Part shown: positions 28,748 to 36,919 of the stretch, piece by piece | Numbering within the stretch: the stretch's first letter is position 1 | How the letters are laid out: each line of letters begins with the position of its first letter | Virus record (IMG/VR): IMGVR_UViG_3300024331_000060 | Coordinates: 1 to 60,967 of that record | Direction: 5' to 3' (one strand) | Source: a virus | Lineage: Duplodnaviria; Caudoviricetes | DNA length: 60,967 bases | Made by a program: the position numbers and the translations under genes | The notes under the pieces: generated by a model | Told to the model about the DNA's origin: nothing | Databases searched by the model: none | Seen by the model: only the letters and a program-made list of their open reading frames with translations

Positions 28748-28822
28748 TGGTCAGGACGGCAGGACTTGCACCTGCGGCTTCCGAGTTCCGGGCTCGGCTG
28801 TCTGCTGCTGACTTACGCCCTG
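28748..28822 (-). tRNA. non-canonical tRNA-Pro(CGG)-like gene with encoded CCA
   Basis: Cloverleaf CAGGGCG/CGTCCTG, CCGAG/CTCGG, GCAGG/CCTGC, A73-CCA; T-loop TGCAAGT, C33, A37, no D-loop GG. Confidence 0.8.
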
Positions 28823-28854
28823 AAAGAGCGTAGTCCTAGCCGCCTGACTTTATA

Positions 28855-29043
28855 TTACAGTCCTGGAAGACCGCCTTTGCGGTTACCTGAGTTAATCGAC
28901 TTAGCTGCCTTAGCAAGCTCGGCCGATCCACCACCATCACAAGATCCACCGGTATCGATAGTCTTGGGGGTGCCATTACGGACCATACGGCCCTGATTGT
29001 CTTTAACGCCACGATGGCCGTTGAAATTCTGACCTTTACTCAT
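28855..29043 (-). CDS. hypothetical protein
   Basis: AAGGAA RBS, Gly-rich, 62 aa. Confidence 0.55.
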   Translation of the reverse strand: MSKGQNFNGHRGVKDNQGRMVRNGTPKTIDTGGSCDGGGSAELAKAAKSINSGNRKGGLPGL

Positions 29044-29164
29044 AATTGTTTTCCTTTAATTTAAATAGTTTCCGGTTGAATCTTCGAGAGACCGGAGGCT
29101 CTGGGGCTAATACCGTTACCCACTTCGCCACACAGCAGTAGTGGTCGGTGTACTCGCCGTCGAA

Positions 29165-29602
29165 TTAGGTTACCGCTGCGCCGCCAAGATCCTGAAGAGT
29201 GACCGTGGTCGGGCTAGTAACTGTTACCAAATACTGACGCTCAACACCCGTAGCAACGGTAGCCGTACCTGTAATGGTGACTCCGGTGCCCGCAGTAATC
29301 GTCAGACCGCCAGCCGTAGTCCAGATGTACAGGACGTAGTTGACACCTTGAAGAGATGCATTCGTAGGCTGCAGAAGCGGAGCTGCTGTCTGTACTGCAC
29401 TCGCGATAGCTGCGATAATGTTTACCGCAGTATCCGTGGTTAGAGCGGTAGCTGCTGAATTCTTGTAATAGACTTCAGTGGCACCTGTAATTCGGGATGC
29501 GGTGAGAGTACCTGATGCCAGAGCATCCGAAGTGTACTTAACCATCGGCAAAGTACCGGTAATATTGTAAACGTCGTCTCGAAAGACGCCAAGAGTAGTC
29601 AT
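29165..29602 (-). CDS. Thr/Ala-rich probable virion protein
   Basis: LTITAGTGVTITGTATVA; upstream AAGGTTAA as before the coat gene. Confidence 0.6.
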   Translation of the reverse strand: MTTLGVFRDDVYNITGTLPMVKYTSDALASGTLTASRITGATEVYYKNSAATALTTDTAVNIIAAIASAVQTAAPLLQPTNASLQGVNYVLYIWTTAGGLTITAGTGVTITGTATVATGVERQYLVTVTSPTTVTLQDLGGAAVT

Positions 29603-29617
29603 ATTTAGGATTAACCT

Positions 29618-29775
29618 TTAATTGATTTTCTTTCGTCTTTCTAGGAAAGACTTAATTTTAGGGAGCGAAGCACCTACTTCGTCCGCATACCATTTTTGGA
29701 CTAATTGATCTTTCTTTTACGGTCCAAAAAAGAACGTATTCTGGGAAGTGAAGCATTCACTTCATCAGAATACCA
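29618..29775 (-). repeat. diverged tandem duplication of a 75-nt gene 3' end
   Basis: 29701-29775 encodes WYSDEVNASLPRIRSFLDRKRKIN*; 29618-29692 encodes WYADEVGASLPKIKSFLERRKKIN*. Confidence 0.85.
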
Positions 29776-29928
29776 AAGAATTTCCCCGTTGATCCTTACG
29801 GGAAGGGGAACTTTCTTTTCTCGGAGTAGATAGCCAAGATAGCCCTGGCTTACTCCGTAGATTTCTACAAGCTTGTCGCGAGTGATGGTTGGCATCATAG
29901 ACTGGACGCCAAGTGTAATGGGAGCCAT
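29701..29928 (-). CDS. AlpA/excisionase-like HTH DNA-binding protein
   Basis: ITRDKLVEIYGVS..YL..LL....VPLPVRI.....W..DEV. Confidence 0.65.
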   Translation of the reverse strand: MAPITLGVQSMMPTITRDKLVEIYGVSQGYLGYLLREKKVPLPVRINGEILWYSDEVNASLPRIRSFLDRKRKIN

Positions 29929-30395
29929 GAGCGCCTATCCTCGACTATAGGTCGTTTAGATTTAAGAAATTTGTAAGCGCTATCCAGATCGGATTGGCGC
30001 TTACTCCTCACCAGCCAATAAGCCAAAGTGAGGGGGGATCTTTCTATTCCTGCCCAGCAATGAACTAGAAGAGGAACTTCATTAAGTATGTGGTCGTCTA
30101 TGATCTCGCAAGCCGTATCTAGCTGAGTGATTAAGGCTCGAGGAGGTAGACAAGTACCCCAGACATTATCCTCATCATGGTCCAATATGGGTACATAGTA
30201 CGTCATATCTGGATATCTATCTTCTGGAGCTGTCTCAATAACGCAGAGGGTCTGGAAGCTCGGATCTAGTCGAGTAGCCATTAAAGCACCATGCCAATCC
30301 CCTAAATAGAGGTTTGACTCAATCTCATTCATGCTACTCTGCTTGCTTGATTCTGTCGGGTAGAGCAGGGGTATGCTCTGGTAATTCTGATACAT
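29895..30395 (-). CDS. dual-specificity protein phosphatase
   Basis: NLYLGD, LLVHCWAGIERS (HCxxGxxRS), KRP. Confidence 0.85.
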   Translation of the reverse strand: MYQNYQSIPLLYPTESSKQSSMNEIESNLYLGDWHGALMATRLDPSFQTLCVIETAPEDRYPDMTYYVPILDHDEDNVWGTCLPPRALITQLDTACEIIDDHILNEVPLLVHCWAGIERSPLTLAYWLVRSKRQSDLDSAYKFLKSKRPIVEDRRSWLPLHLASSL

Positions 30396-30537
30396 CAGGC
30401 TCCCCTACTAGATCTTGAAAGGCTTGAAGGGTCTGGACTGTCTTTCGGAGGAGTTTTCGAAGGGAGGGGTCTGTGGGGTGCTTGATCCAGAACTGCAACT
30501 CGGGGATGAGTTCTCGGACTTCGAGAGGGCGGGCCAT
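30334..30537 (-). CDS. hypothetical protein
   Basis: First ATG ORF downstream of a putative late promoter. Confidence 0.5.
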   Translation of the reverse strand: MARPLEVRELIPELQFWIKHPTDPSLRKLLRKTVQTLQAFQDLVGEPDVSELPEHTPALPDRIKQAE

Positions 30538-30612
30538 TCTAATACTCGAATCTTGGGCTTACAGTTTTGCCAAGCATGGGGAGGACCATTTACAATGCAC
30601 ATAAAATTTGGG

Positions 30613-30639
30613 GTAGACTATTTAGTCAGATATAGTTCA
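30613..30639 (-). promoter_or_regulatory. putative sigmaE/ECF-type promoter
   Basis: GAACTAT-N13-GTCTAC pointing into the late arm. Confidence 0.45.
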
Positions 30640-30713
30640 GACTTTCGGAAATCCCTATATCTGCGTTAACCCGGTCTACTAAGCGGGGAGAGGGTTACAC
30701 GTATCCGTTACGC

Positions 30714-30869
30714 TTAAAGCTTGTCTTTTACTTCCGTAACTACTTTCTCAATATCTGCCTTGACATCTGCGACGACTGCGTCTACTGCGGACTTAGCTTT
30801 ACCCCTGATGGAGCGATAAACTGCATAGCAAGCAATCAGTACAGCGATAGCGATAATTGTATAAACCAT
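30714..30869 (-). CDS. single-TM coiled-coil protein, 51 aa (not in ORF track)
   Basis: MVYTIIAIAVLIACYAVY...EVKDKL* with AGGAA RBS. Confidence 0.65.
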   Translation of the reverse strand: MVYTIIAIAVLIACYAVYRSIRGKAKSAVDAVVADVKADIEKVVTEVKDKL

Positions 30870-31014
30870 TGATATTCCTAGTATTTTTATTTAGCTTATT
30901 TCGGATACTATTCCGGTAAGTCTAGTGCTTTCTTATCTATCTCCAGTATGTTACGATACTGAAGCTATCTATATTTACCAAACTATCGTTTGCTAAATAA
31001 CGAAATCACTATCC

Positions 31015-31042
31015 TTAGACAACTCAAACTTAAAATAGTTCC
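31015..31042 (-). promoter_or_regulatory. putative sigmaE/ECF-type late promoter
   Basis: GGAACTAT-N14-GTCTAA, resembling RpoE/AlgU GAACTT...TCTAA. Confidence 0.55.
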
Positions 31043-31496
31043 CCTAAATCGGTGAACTATTTCTTAACCTATTGATTCTCTTCATAATTTAGTTTCCACT
31101 AAATTCTTCAGAGAATCTATGCAATGCTCGTAAATACTCGCATTGCTAGATACCCTGCTTCGCAGGGATGTAACATACCAGGTATTCGCACCTTCCAGGT
31201 GCTTCGGCTTCCTTGCCTCCTACCTGGTAAATACCAATACTCGAACTTCCTTGTTCTCGTATAGAACTATTCTTAATTCTTATTACCACGAGCCATATCA
31301 TAGATAACCATAAGACGGCTGAAATGTAGACTATAGTCCTAGTTGGCTAAGTCCTTGATTGGCCTTTGCAAGTCCTTGAATTCCCTAGGAATTATGTAAA
31401 CGATTTTCGACCTCGGCGGGTAGATTGATGGGGAGACCTCTATTACCCATCGCCAGGGGGTTTTGACTTATTCTTCCCCAACTTACCATAAGGTAC

Positions 31497-31556
31497 TAGC
31501 CTAGGCAACCATAGCCTAAGCAGCGATAGCGTAGGCAGCTACAGCCTAGGCAATGA
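31497..31556. repeat. 4 x 15-bp tandem repeat with a GCCTAGGC core
   Basis: tagcctaggcaacca / tagcctaagcagcga / tagcgtaggcagcta / cagcctaggcaatga. Confidence 0.8.
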
Positions 31557-31984
31557 TCATGGTACGGCTAAGCCTACGCTGCTGTGCAGCGCGAACAGAG
31601 CACAATCAATGACTTAGGCTGGTAGGCTTAGGGGGCGATGATCCGCCCCCACAGCCATAGCCATAGCCTTAAGCCCCTAGCCCGTAGTCCTCAGTAGCTC
31701 AAGACCTAGGTCTGAGTACAGAGCTTCCATGATCCAAGCCCATTCCCTCCAGGAGTCGAGGCTGTTGTACGGATCGTATCCAAAGTGCAACGTCTTCATA
31801 GCAAACTCCAGTCACTGTGAGTGGACATGATGATAACCGGGAACGTGTCCCGATATATGAGCCGAATGAACAGAGACGAGTCAAGTGCGGACCGTACCGC
31901 TAAGGCTATATCCAGTCTAACCATAGGCTGGCTAGTAGCCTGGACTCGTTCCAATCCTTCTTCCAGAACCATGATGACAATCTC

Positions 31985-32176
31985 CTACCCGTGAGTGAAT
32001 CGATAAAACCCTATCACAACAGCCAGAAAGGCTGCCCAAGACGCCAAGAGAGACAAGAGCCACCATCGAGCAGCCGTGCAGCGAGCACGTCTCTCAAGCG
32101 TTCTATTGCTCTCTAGGGGCCTATTGCAGAGCACACGCCTAACCAGAGAGCTATTGCTTGTTACCGGATCGTACAT
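31985..32176 (-). CDS. small membrane protein
   Basis: GGAG RBS; C-terminal TM helix. Confidence 0.5.
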   Translation of the reverse strand: MYDPVTSNSSLVRRVLCNRPLESNRTLERRARCTAARWWLLSLLASWAAFLAVVIGFYRFTHG

Positions 32177-32315
32177 AATCTACTCCCTTTAATCGATCTA
32201 AGAGCATTATGGATTGGCACGAAGGACAGACAGGGGGCTCTGGTTTGAGGGGCGGAGCCACGTCTATTTCCTTGTGGCACGCTGGACACCGAAAGATGAA
32301 TATTTCATTCGGCAT
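32151..32315 (-). CDS. small Zn-ribbon protein
   Basis: CPAC...CPSC. Confidence 0.6.
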   Translation of the reverse strand: MPNEIFIFRCPACHKEIDVAPPLKPEPPVCPSCQSIMLLDRLKGVDYVRSGNKQ

Positions 32316-32482
32316 ACAGCCACCTACAGCGACCGTAGACCAGCCAGAATGCCCTAAGAGCATTGGATGCCTCTATGGTGGCCTGGGCAAATCGGTAGTC
32401 AGCATCTGTTAAATACATCGTATTTCTCCCAATAGACTAGGTTAAGTACCAATATGCGCTCTAAGGTATTGATTAAATTAGA

Positions 32483-32731
32483 TTAAACCGGATCATCCGA
32501 CCATTCCGCTCCATGATCTTGTTCTAAGGCTTCCGCCGTGGCCTTAGGAATGGTGATGGTGATGAGTGCACCCGTACCGTCCACGTCGTTATGACGTGAG
32601 TCGATAACGAGCGCATAGGTTGGACGACTGAACTGCATTCCTTTGGCCGTGTGCGTCCTTCTATGGACTGTCAATTTCTGCGTAATCGGTTGATTTTTAT
32701 GCATAAAAACGCTCCTTTCCCTAGAGCGCAT
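32483..32731 (-). CDS. hypothetical protein (start probably 32704)
   Basis: AGGAG RBS before the internal ATG. Confidence 0.55.
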   Translation of the reverse strand: MRSRERSVFMHKNQPITQKLTVHRRTHTAKGMQFSRPTYALVIDSRHNDVDGTGALITITIPKATAEALEQDHGAEWSDDPV

Positions 32732-32791
32732 AGGGCTACCTAACCCGAGGGAGGGTAGTCAACAGCACTATGCACTCCATATGTGATTGAT

Positions 32792-32998
32792 TTAATTAGC
32801 GTCTACAAATCTCGCATTCCGCCATTCCTTGTGAACTACCCAAGCTGTCCCGTCTCGATTAACTATGACAAAAGTAGCTGGATTTCCGCAGAGATACCCT
32901 CTTTCGACTCTAATTACAGGGAAAACCCTATCTTCCGAGCCGTGACCGCACACATCCAGCCATTTGCCTGGGACCATCAAATATGATTCGTTAGCCAT
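32792..32998 (-). CDS. hypothetical protein
   Basis: Directly follows the upstream ORF. Confidence 0.5.
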   Translation of the reverse strand: MANESYLMVPGKWLDVCGHGSEDRVFPVIRVERGYLCGNPATFVIVNRDGTAWVVHKEWRNARFVDAN

Positions 32999-33001
32999 GA
33001 T

Positions 33002-33208
33002 TTATGACCCCAAATGAGTACGATTGTCGTATTGTTGCAACACTTTCACTGGTACGTGGTACAAGATAGCGATCACTATCTCTAGCACGTACTCTGCCCT
33101 CTCATCCGGAAGCATTTCCGCTAGGGCATCTACTGCCTTTGGGTACTTGTCGCAATAAGCTGCGACTAATCGACTGTGAGCCTTTGATAAGCGCTTACGC
33201 ATATACAT
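33002..33208 (-). CDS. hypothetical protein
   Basis: AGGAG RBS; first leftward gene from the divergent region. Confidence 0.55.
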   Translation of the reverse strand: MYMRKRLSKAHSRLVAAYCDKYPKAVDALAEMLPDERAEYVLEIVIAILYHVPVKVLQQYDNRTHLGS

Positions 33209-33862
33209 TCTCCTATGACCTAGGAGTGCATAAGGCTATCGACTACCTACGGGAGTCTTGCCACACACTTGCGTGCGTACGTGCTCTCTCCCACCTAGTA
33301 CCTTCGACTCCGTCGTGAGTGCGCGCGACTAGGAACGCTAGCCCCAAAATGCCACTACTCAATGGCCTGATGTAGCCTATTTAACATAATAGCATAGAAA
33401 TATTTAGTTTGGCAAGTATCGTAGATTGGCACACTTTATGCTTTGTACTGTATGCAATCCCATTTCTATACAGTTTATCCAGTGCGCAAGTTATTGATTC
33501 TTACACCATGTAAAAACTACAATTCGAGAGTCCTAGGGCTAAGGGTGCGGGTACACCTCAGAACGGCGTATAGACCACCGTATGCGGTCCTAGAGGCATA
33601 CGCCAAAGCGAGCGCATGCGAGCGTGTACGTGAGCATGTGTGCAAGCGCTATGCCCGATATGATTAAGAATAAGACATATTCATAACTATATTTATTATA
33701 CTAAGACTATGAGTATTCTTAGAGATTGGTACGTTATTTGCTAACGTTATGCGGAAAGACATGGATATCGGAAGTTATACGTAATTTATATATAAACTCC
33801 GTAAAAGATAACGTACTGATTTCATTGAATATTTTGCTAAGCCATTGATTTCTTGGGGAAAT

Positions 33863-33891
33863 TTGACAACTCGTCATAATGCGCGTAGAAT
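33863..33891 (+). promoter_or_regulatory. sigma70 early promoter
   Basis: TTGACA-N17-TAGAAT with an IHF site 12 bp upstream. Confidence 0.8.
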
Positions 33892-34031
33892 AGTGTCTGT
33901 ACAGTGATGAAAGGCTTGCAACGTCAGAAATGACATGCTAGTCTTCAAATACCTAGATCACTAGGGCGAGGCAAGCCATAGGCGGGATTTTCCGCCGATT
34001 GGTGCGTCTCTCCGACCAAGTACCTAGGATG

Positions 34032-34044
34032 GCTCTTTAACAAT
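34032..34044 (+). promoter_or_regulatory. rrn-type boxA antitermination motif
   Basis: GCTCTTTAACAAT in the leader of the first early gene. Confidence 0.65.
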
Positions 34045-34133
34045 CAGGCTTGCACTGCGCGGAGTTACGCTGCGTAGTCCATAGTGGAATTACGCGGCGC
34101 CGCGTGGTCAAGTCATACTTTGGAGTAATTCAA

Positions 34134-35132
34134 ATGTTTAACTTGATTAACACAGCCGTACATGCCGCAGTAGCCAATGCTGAAGCCCCCAAGGGCGGAA
34201 GCGCAGGCGCAGTGCAGAATACTTCGATCATCGAGAACACGACTCTTGACGGCAAGACCATGGGCCAAGTCGTGAACGATCTGGACAAAGGAGACCTGAA
34301 GAAAGCGTATAAGGCGATTGATGCCGCGTACGACATTCATTGGGGCAAGGACGGTATCTCCGACACGCAGGCCAAACTGGAAGGTCTGCAGGGTAAGGTG
34401 GGAGAGCACGTGTACGACGTGCTCAAGCTGTCAATGCAGCACTGCAAAGGCAAGCTTCCGCTCGTCAAGGCATACTTTCAGGCACTTTGCAAGAAGGCCG
34501 AGGAGTACCTGCAGAGTCGTTACGTCAAGGAAAATCGGGAGGAAAAGCCGATTTCCGAGATTGTACCGCTCTGGCCTTCGTACAAGACGAGCTTTCTCAA
34601 GGGTATCGATTTGGGCATGTCGCCTGACGATACCATCGAGGATACCGACGCCCCTCGTTGGCCAACGGCGGCCAAGTTCCGCACGGAAGTGCAGAAGCGG
34701 GAGCGGGAAGCTAAGGGCGGCAATGCGCAGGCTCCTGGTGAGCGTAACAACGCGAACCAGACAGCTACGCAGTTGCAACTCGTGACCAAGGGATGGAGCC
34801 CGCAGATGTCGGCAAGCATGGCCGTACTGTGTCAGGAACTGAACCGTCTGGACCATGAAGAGCAAGACAAATTTGCTCCCATGGTTCTCGAACTGGCCCA
34901 TCAAGTTCAGGTGTACGCCAATTCAGCGGAGCGGGAAGCGCGTGGCGATACGCGCACGGAGAATCAGCGTGCTGTTGGCGCGGGTTCTACCGAGGAACTG
35001 GACCCAGGCACAAAGGCAGCCATGCAGGCGGCCATTGACAAGGATGGTGCAGGCGCAACGGATACAACGTTGCGTGATGCTGCGGATCAGCACAAGGCTG
35101 GAAAGGGACGTAAGGGCGCGAAAGCAGCCTAA
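34134..35132 (+). CDS. first early protein, 332 aa, unknown function
   Basis: GGAG RBS before ATG 34134; G/C-ending codon bias; followed by a terminator. Confidence 0.8.
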   Translation: MFNLINTAVHAAVANAEAPKGGSAGAVQNTSIIENTTLDGKTMGQVVNDLDKGDLKKAYKAIDAAYDIHWGKDGISDTQAKLEGLQGKVGEHVYDVLKLSMQHCKGKLPLVKAYFQALCKKAEEYLQSRYVKENREEKPISEIVPLWPSYKTSFLKGIDLGMSPDDTIEDTDAPRWPTAAKFRTEVQKREREAKGGNAQAPGERNNANQTATQLQLVTKGWSPQMSASMAVLCQELNRLDHEEQDKFAPMVLELAHQVQVYANSAEREARGDTRTENQRAVGAGSTEELDPGTKAAMQAAIDKDGAGATDTTLRDAADQHKAGKGRKGAKAA

Positions 35133-35158
35133 GTTCGAAGTGTTCTGTGCGTAGAGTT

Positions 35159-35191
35159 AACCGGGAGTGCTTGCGGCTCCCGGTTTTCTTT
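35159..35191 (+). terminator. intrinsic terminator
   Basis: AACCGGGAG...CTCCCGGTT-TTCTTT. Confidence 0.8.
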
Positions 35192-35205
35192 ATTGGGAGG
35201 GTTTT

Positions 35206-35367
35206 ATGGCTGTTACAGAGTATTTTCGAGCCGCAGATGCAGCAGTTTATGCGTTCAATCATGCGGCAGAGCTGCACAAGCTCGACAAGCGGGCTCAATT
35301 GCTAGCCGCCAAGCTGCTGCTTAAGGCAGTACAGGAACTTATAGAACGTCTGGGGGCGGAGGTGTAG
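35206..35367 (+). CDS. hypothetical protein
   Basis: GGAGG RBS before ATG. Confidence 0.6.
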   Translation: MAVTEYFRAADAAVYAFNHAAELHKLDKRAQLLAAKLLLKAVQELIERLGAEV

Positions 35368-35371
35368 CGCC

Positions 35372-35539
35372 ATGGGTACGCTATTTGCATTCCTATTCGT
35401 GCTATGGCTGTACGAGCCGACCAGGGAAGCAATTACAAGCTTCATAGGCTGGCTGGCTATGGCGTTCCTAGTCTTGGCGGGCCTTACTGGGACGTTTCTA
35501 TTTGGGATGATCGTGTTTCACATGTCGCACGGTATGTAA
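35372..35539 (+). CDS. small membrane protein, 55 aa (not in ORF track)
   Basis: GGAGGT RBS; MGTLFAFLFVLWLY... Confidence 0.6.
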   Translation: MGTLFAFLFVLWLYEPTREAITSFIGWLAMAFLVLAGLTGTFLFGMIVFHMSHGM

Positions 35540-35559
35540 AAATCATGGGCAAGACTGAA

Positions 35560-35596
35560 AGGCCGGTAGGCGAAAGCTTACCGGCCTTTTTCTTTT
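35560..35596 (+). terminator. intrinsic terminator
   Basis: AGGCCGGTAGGC-GAAA-GCTTACCGGCCT followed by a T-tract. Confidence 0.85.
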
Positions 35597-35604
35597 GTCT
35601 AATT

Positions 35605-35669
35605 GCCTAGGCAGAGGTTGCCTAGGCTGATTTCGCCTAGGCTAGTTAACTTATTCTGGTTAACTTATT
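35605..35669. repeat. 3 x GCCTAGGC at 15-bp period plus 2 x GTTAACTTATT
   Basis: GCCTAGGC at 35605, 35620 and 35635; GTTAACTTATT at 35645 and 35659. Confidence 0.8.
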
Positions 35670-35759
35670 TCCTCCCGTATTATGTCGCTTGCAAATATGT
35701 CGAGCGCAGATAACGCGATCTTTAACTAAGATCTGCGCGTGAAGGTCCTTGAAATTTGA

Positions 35760-35824
35760 TCGCAGTCCGAATAGTCGCAGTCCAAAACTATCGCAGCCCA
35801 GGCTATCGCAGTCTGGGCTTTTTT
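35760..35824 (+). repeat. 4 x TCGCAG(T/C)C at ~15-bp period, merging into a terminator
   Basis: TCGCAG at 35760, 35775, 35791 and 35806; AGCCCAG...CTGGGCT-TTTTT. Confidence 0.75.
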
Positions 35825-36088
35825 ATTGTTTAAAATCAAGGAGTTGAGAAATGGTTCCAATCTACGTAGTCCCTATGGTGGGGCTAATTATGTTTGTTCT
35901 TGGCCTGTACATTGGGGAGCAGTGAAGATGATTTATTTATCTCCAGAGTGGAGAGCTAGAAAGCAGGCTAGGTGGGAACGTTATGCTCGGAAGCACAGTA
36001 TAGTGTGTGACAGAGAATGGAACAGACGATGCTGGTGCTCCGGCTGTTTTAAACCCGATATGTCCAAATTTGTAGGAGTTTCACAGTA

Positions 36089-36919
36089 ATGAAGATCATT
36101 GATAGTGACGATTACCGTGCATCGGGGGTTGAGGCCATGTTCTTTCCCGGCGGAGAGCCTCACGTCAAAATTCCTCTATTTGAGGAGGAATTGCTTTTGT
36201 TTCTCAAATTACGTACTTGGAGTGACGTAGGTATCGCAGCCTGCCTAATCAATGCCTTAGATTGGCAAGGAACTGCGTACCAGACTTTCATACCGTACTA
36301 TCCGGGAGCCAGACAGGATCGCACCGACGGAACAGCCCCTCTCACAGTAGCTATGATAAGTAGACTCCTAGAGGCTACTCCTTTGGCCGTATTCGATCCC
36401 CACTCTCGGATATTGGGGGATACTGTAGATTACATTTACATGCCTAAGGATCTACCTATTCCAATAAATCCCTCCGTTGTGGGAATTATTGCTCCAGACG
36501 AAGGTGCGCAAGGACGGGCACTGCAATTCTTGGATAAGTTCTATCCAAATGCGGATTTGATTCAAGCCTATAAAGAGAGGGATTCTAAAACAGGCCAACT
36601 CAGTAACTATTCAATGGAATATCTCACTCAATCGGGGACCTATATCATCGTGGACGATATTTGTGATGGTGGAGGCACATTCAATCTTCTGGCGAATGCT
36701 TTTGATGAAGACCCAATTGCTTCACAGTGCGAACTTGAGATGTTCGTATCTCATGGCATATTTTCTAAAGGATTGGACAATATTTCTCCAAGAATCAAGA
36801 AGATAATAACTACGGATAGTTGGTGTGATCCTTCTCGTTCTCGATATAACTCGGAAAGACTCACAGTCATTCCTTTGATGCCAGCCCTTTTGCCTCATTT
36901 CTCAACTAAGGAGTATTGA
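36089..36919 (+). CDS. prs: ribose-phosphate pyrophosphokinase-like protein (candidate NARP1 ADPR-PP synthase)
   Basis: FPGGE, PYYPGARQDR, DPHS, APDEGA, IVDDICDGGGTF, SHGIFSKG. Confidence 0.88.
   Translation: MKIIDSDDYRASGVEAMFFPGGEPHVKIPLFEEELLLFLKLRTWSDVGIAACLINALDWQGTAYQTFIPYYPGARQDRTDGTAPLTVAMISRLLEATPLAVFDPHSRILGDTVDYIYMPKDLPIPINPSVVGIIAPDEGAQGRALQFLDKFYPNADLIQAYKERDSKTGQLSNYSMEYLTQSGTYIIVDDICDGGGTFNLLANAFDEDPIASQCELEMFVSHGIFSKGLDNISPRIKKIITTDSWCDPSRSRYNSERLTVIPLMPALLPHFSTKEY

Larger units (their letters stand above)
31065..33850. promoter_or_regulatory. cluster of six IHF-consensus sites
   Basis: WATCAANNNNTTR matches at 31065, 31348, 31604, 32462, 33487 and 33838. Confidence 0.7.

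Noticed and set aside
29618-29775. Diversity-generating retroelement TR/VR pair
   Set aside because: Differences are mostly third-position and not adenine-specific, and no reverse transcriptase is present.
29701-29928. Excisionase implying a temperate lifestyle
   Set aside because: No integrase, repressor or partition genes; an AlpA-like regulator is the simpler reading.
31497-35824. CRISPR array
   Set aside because: Repeat period is ~15 bp with no 25-40 bp unique spacers, and there are no cas genes.
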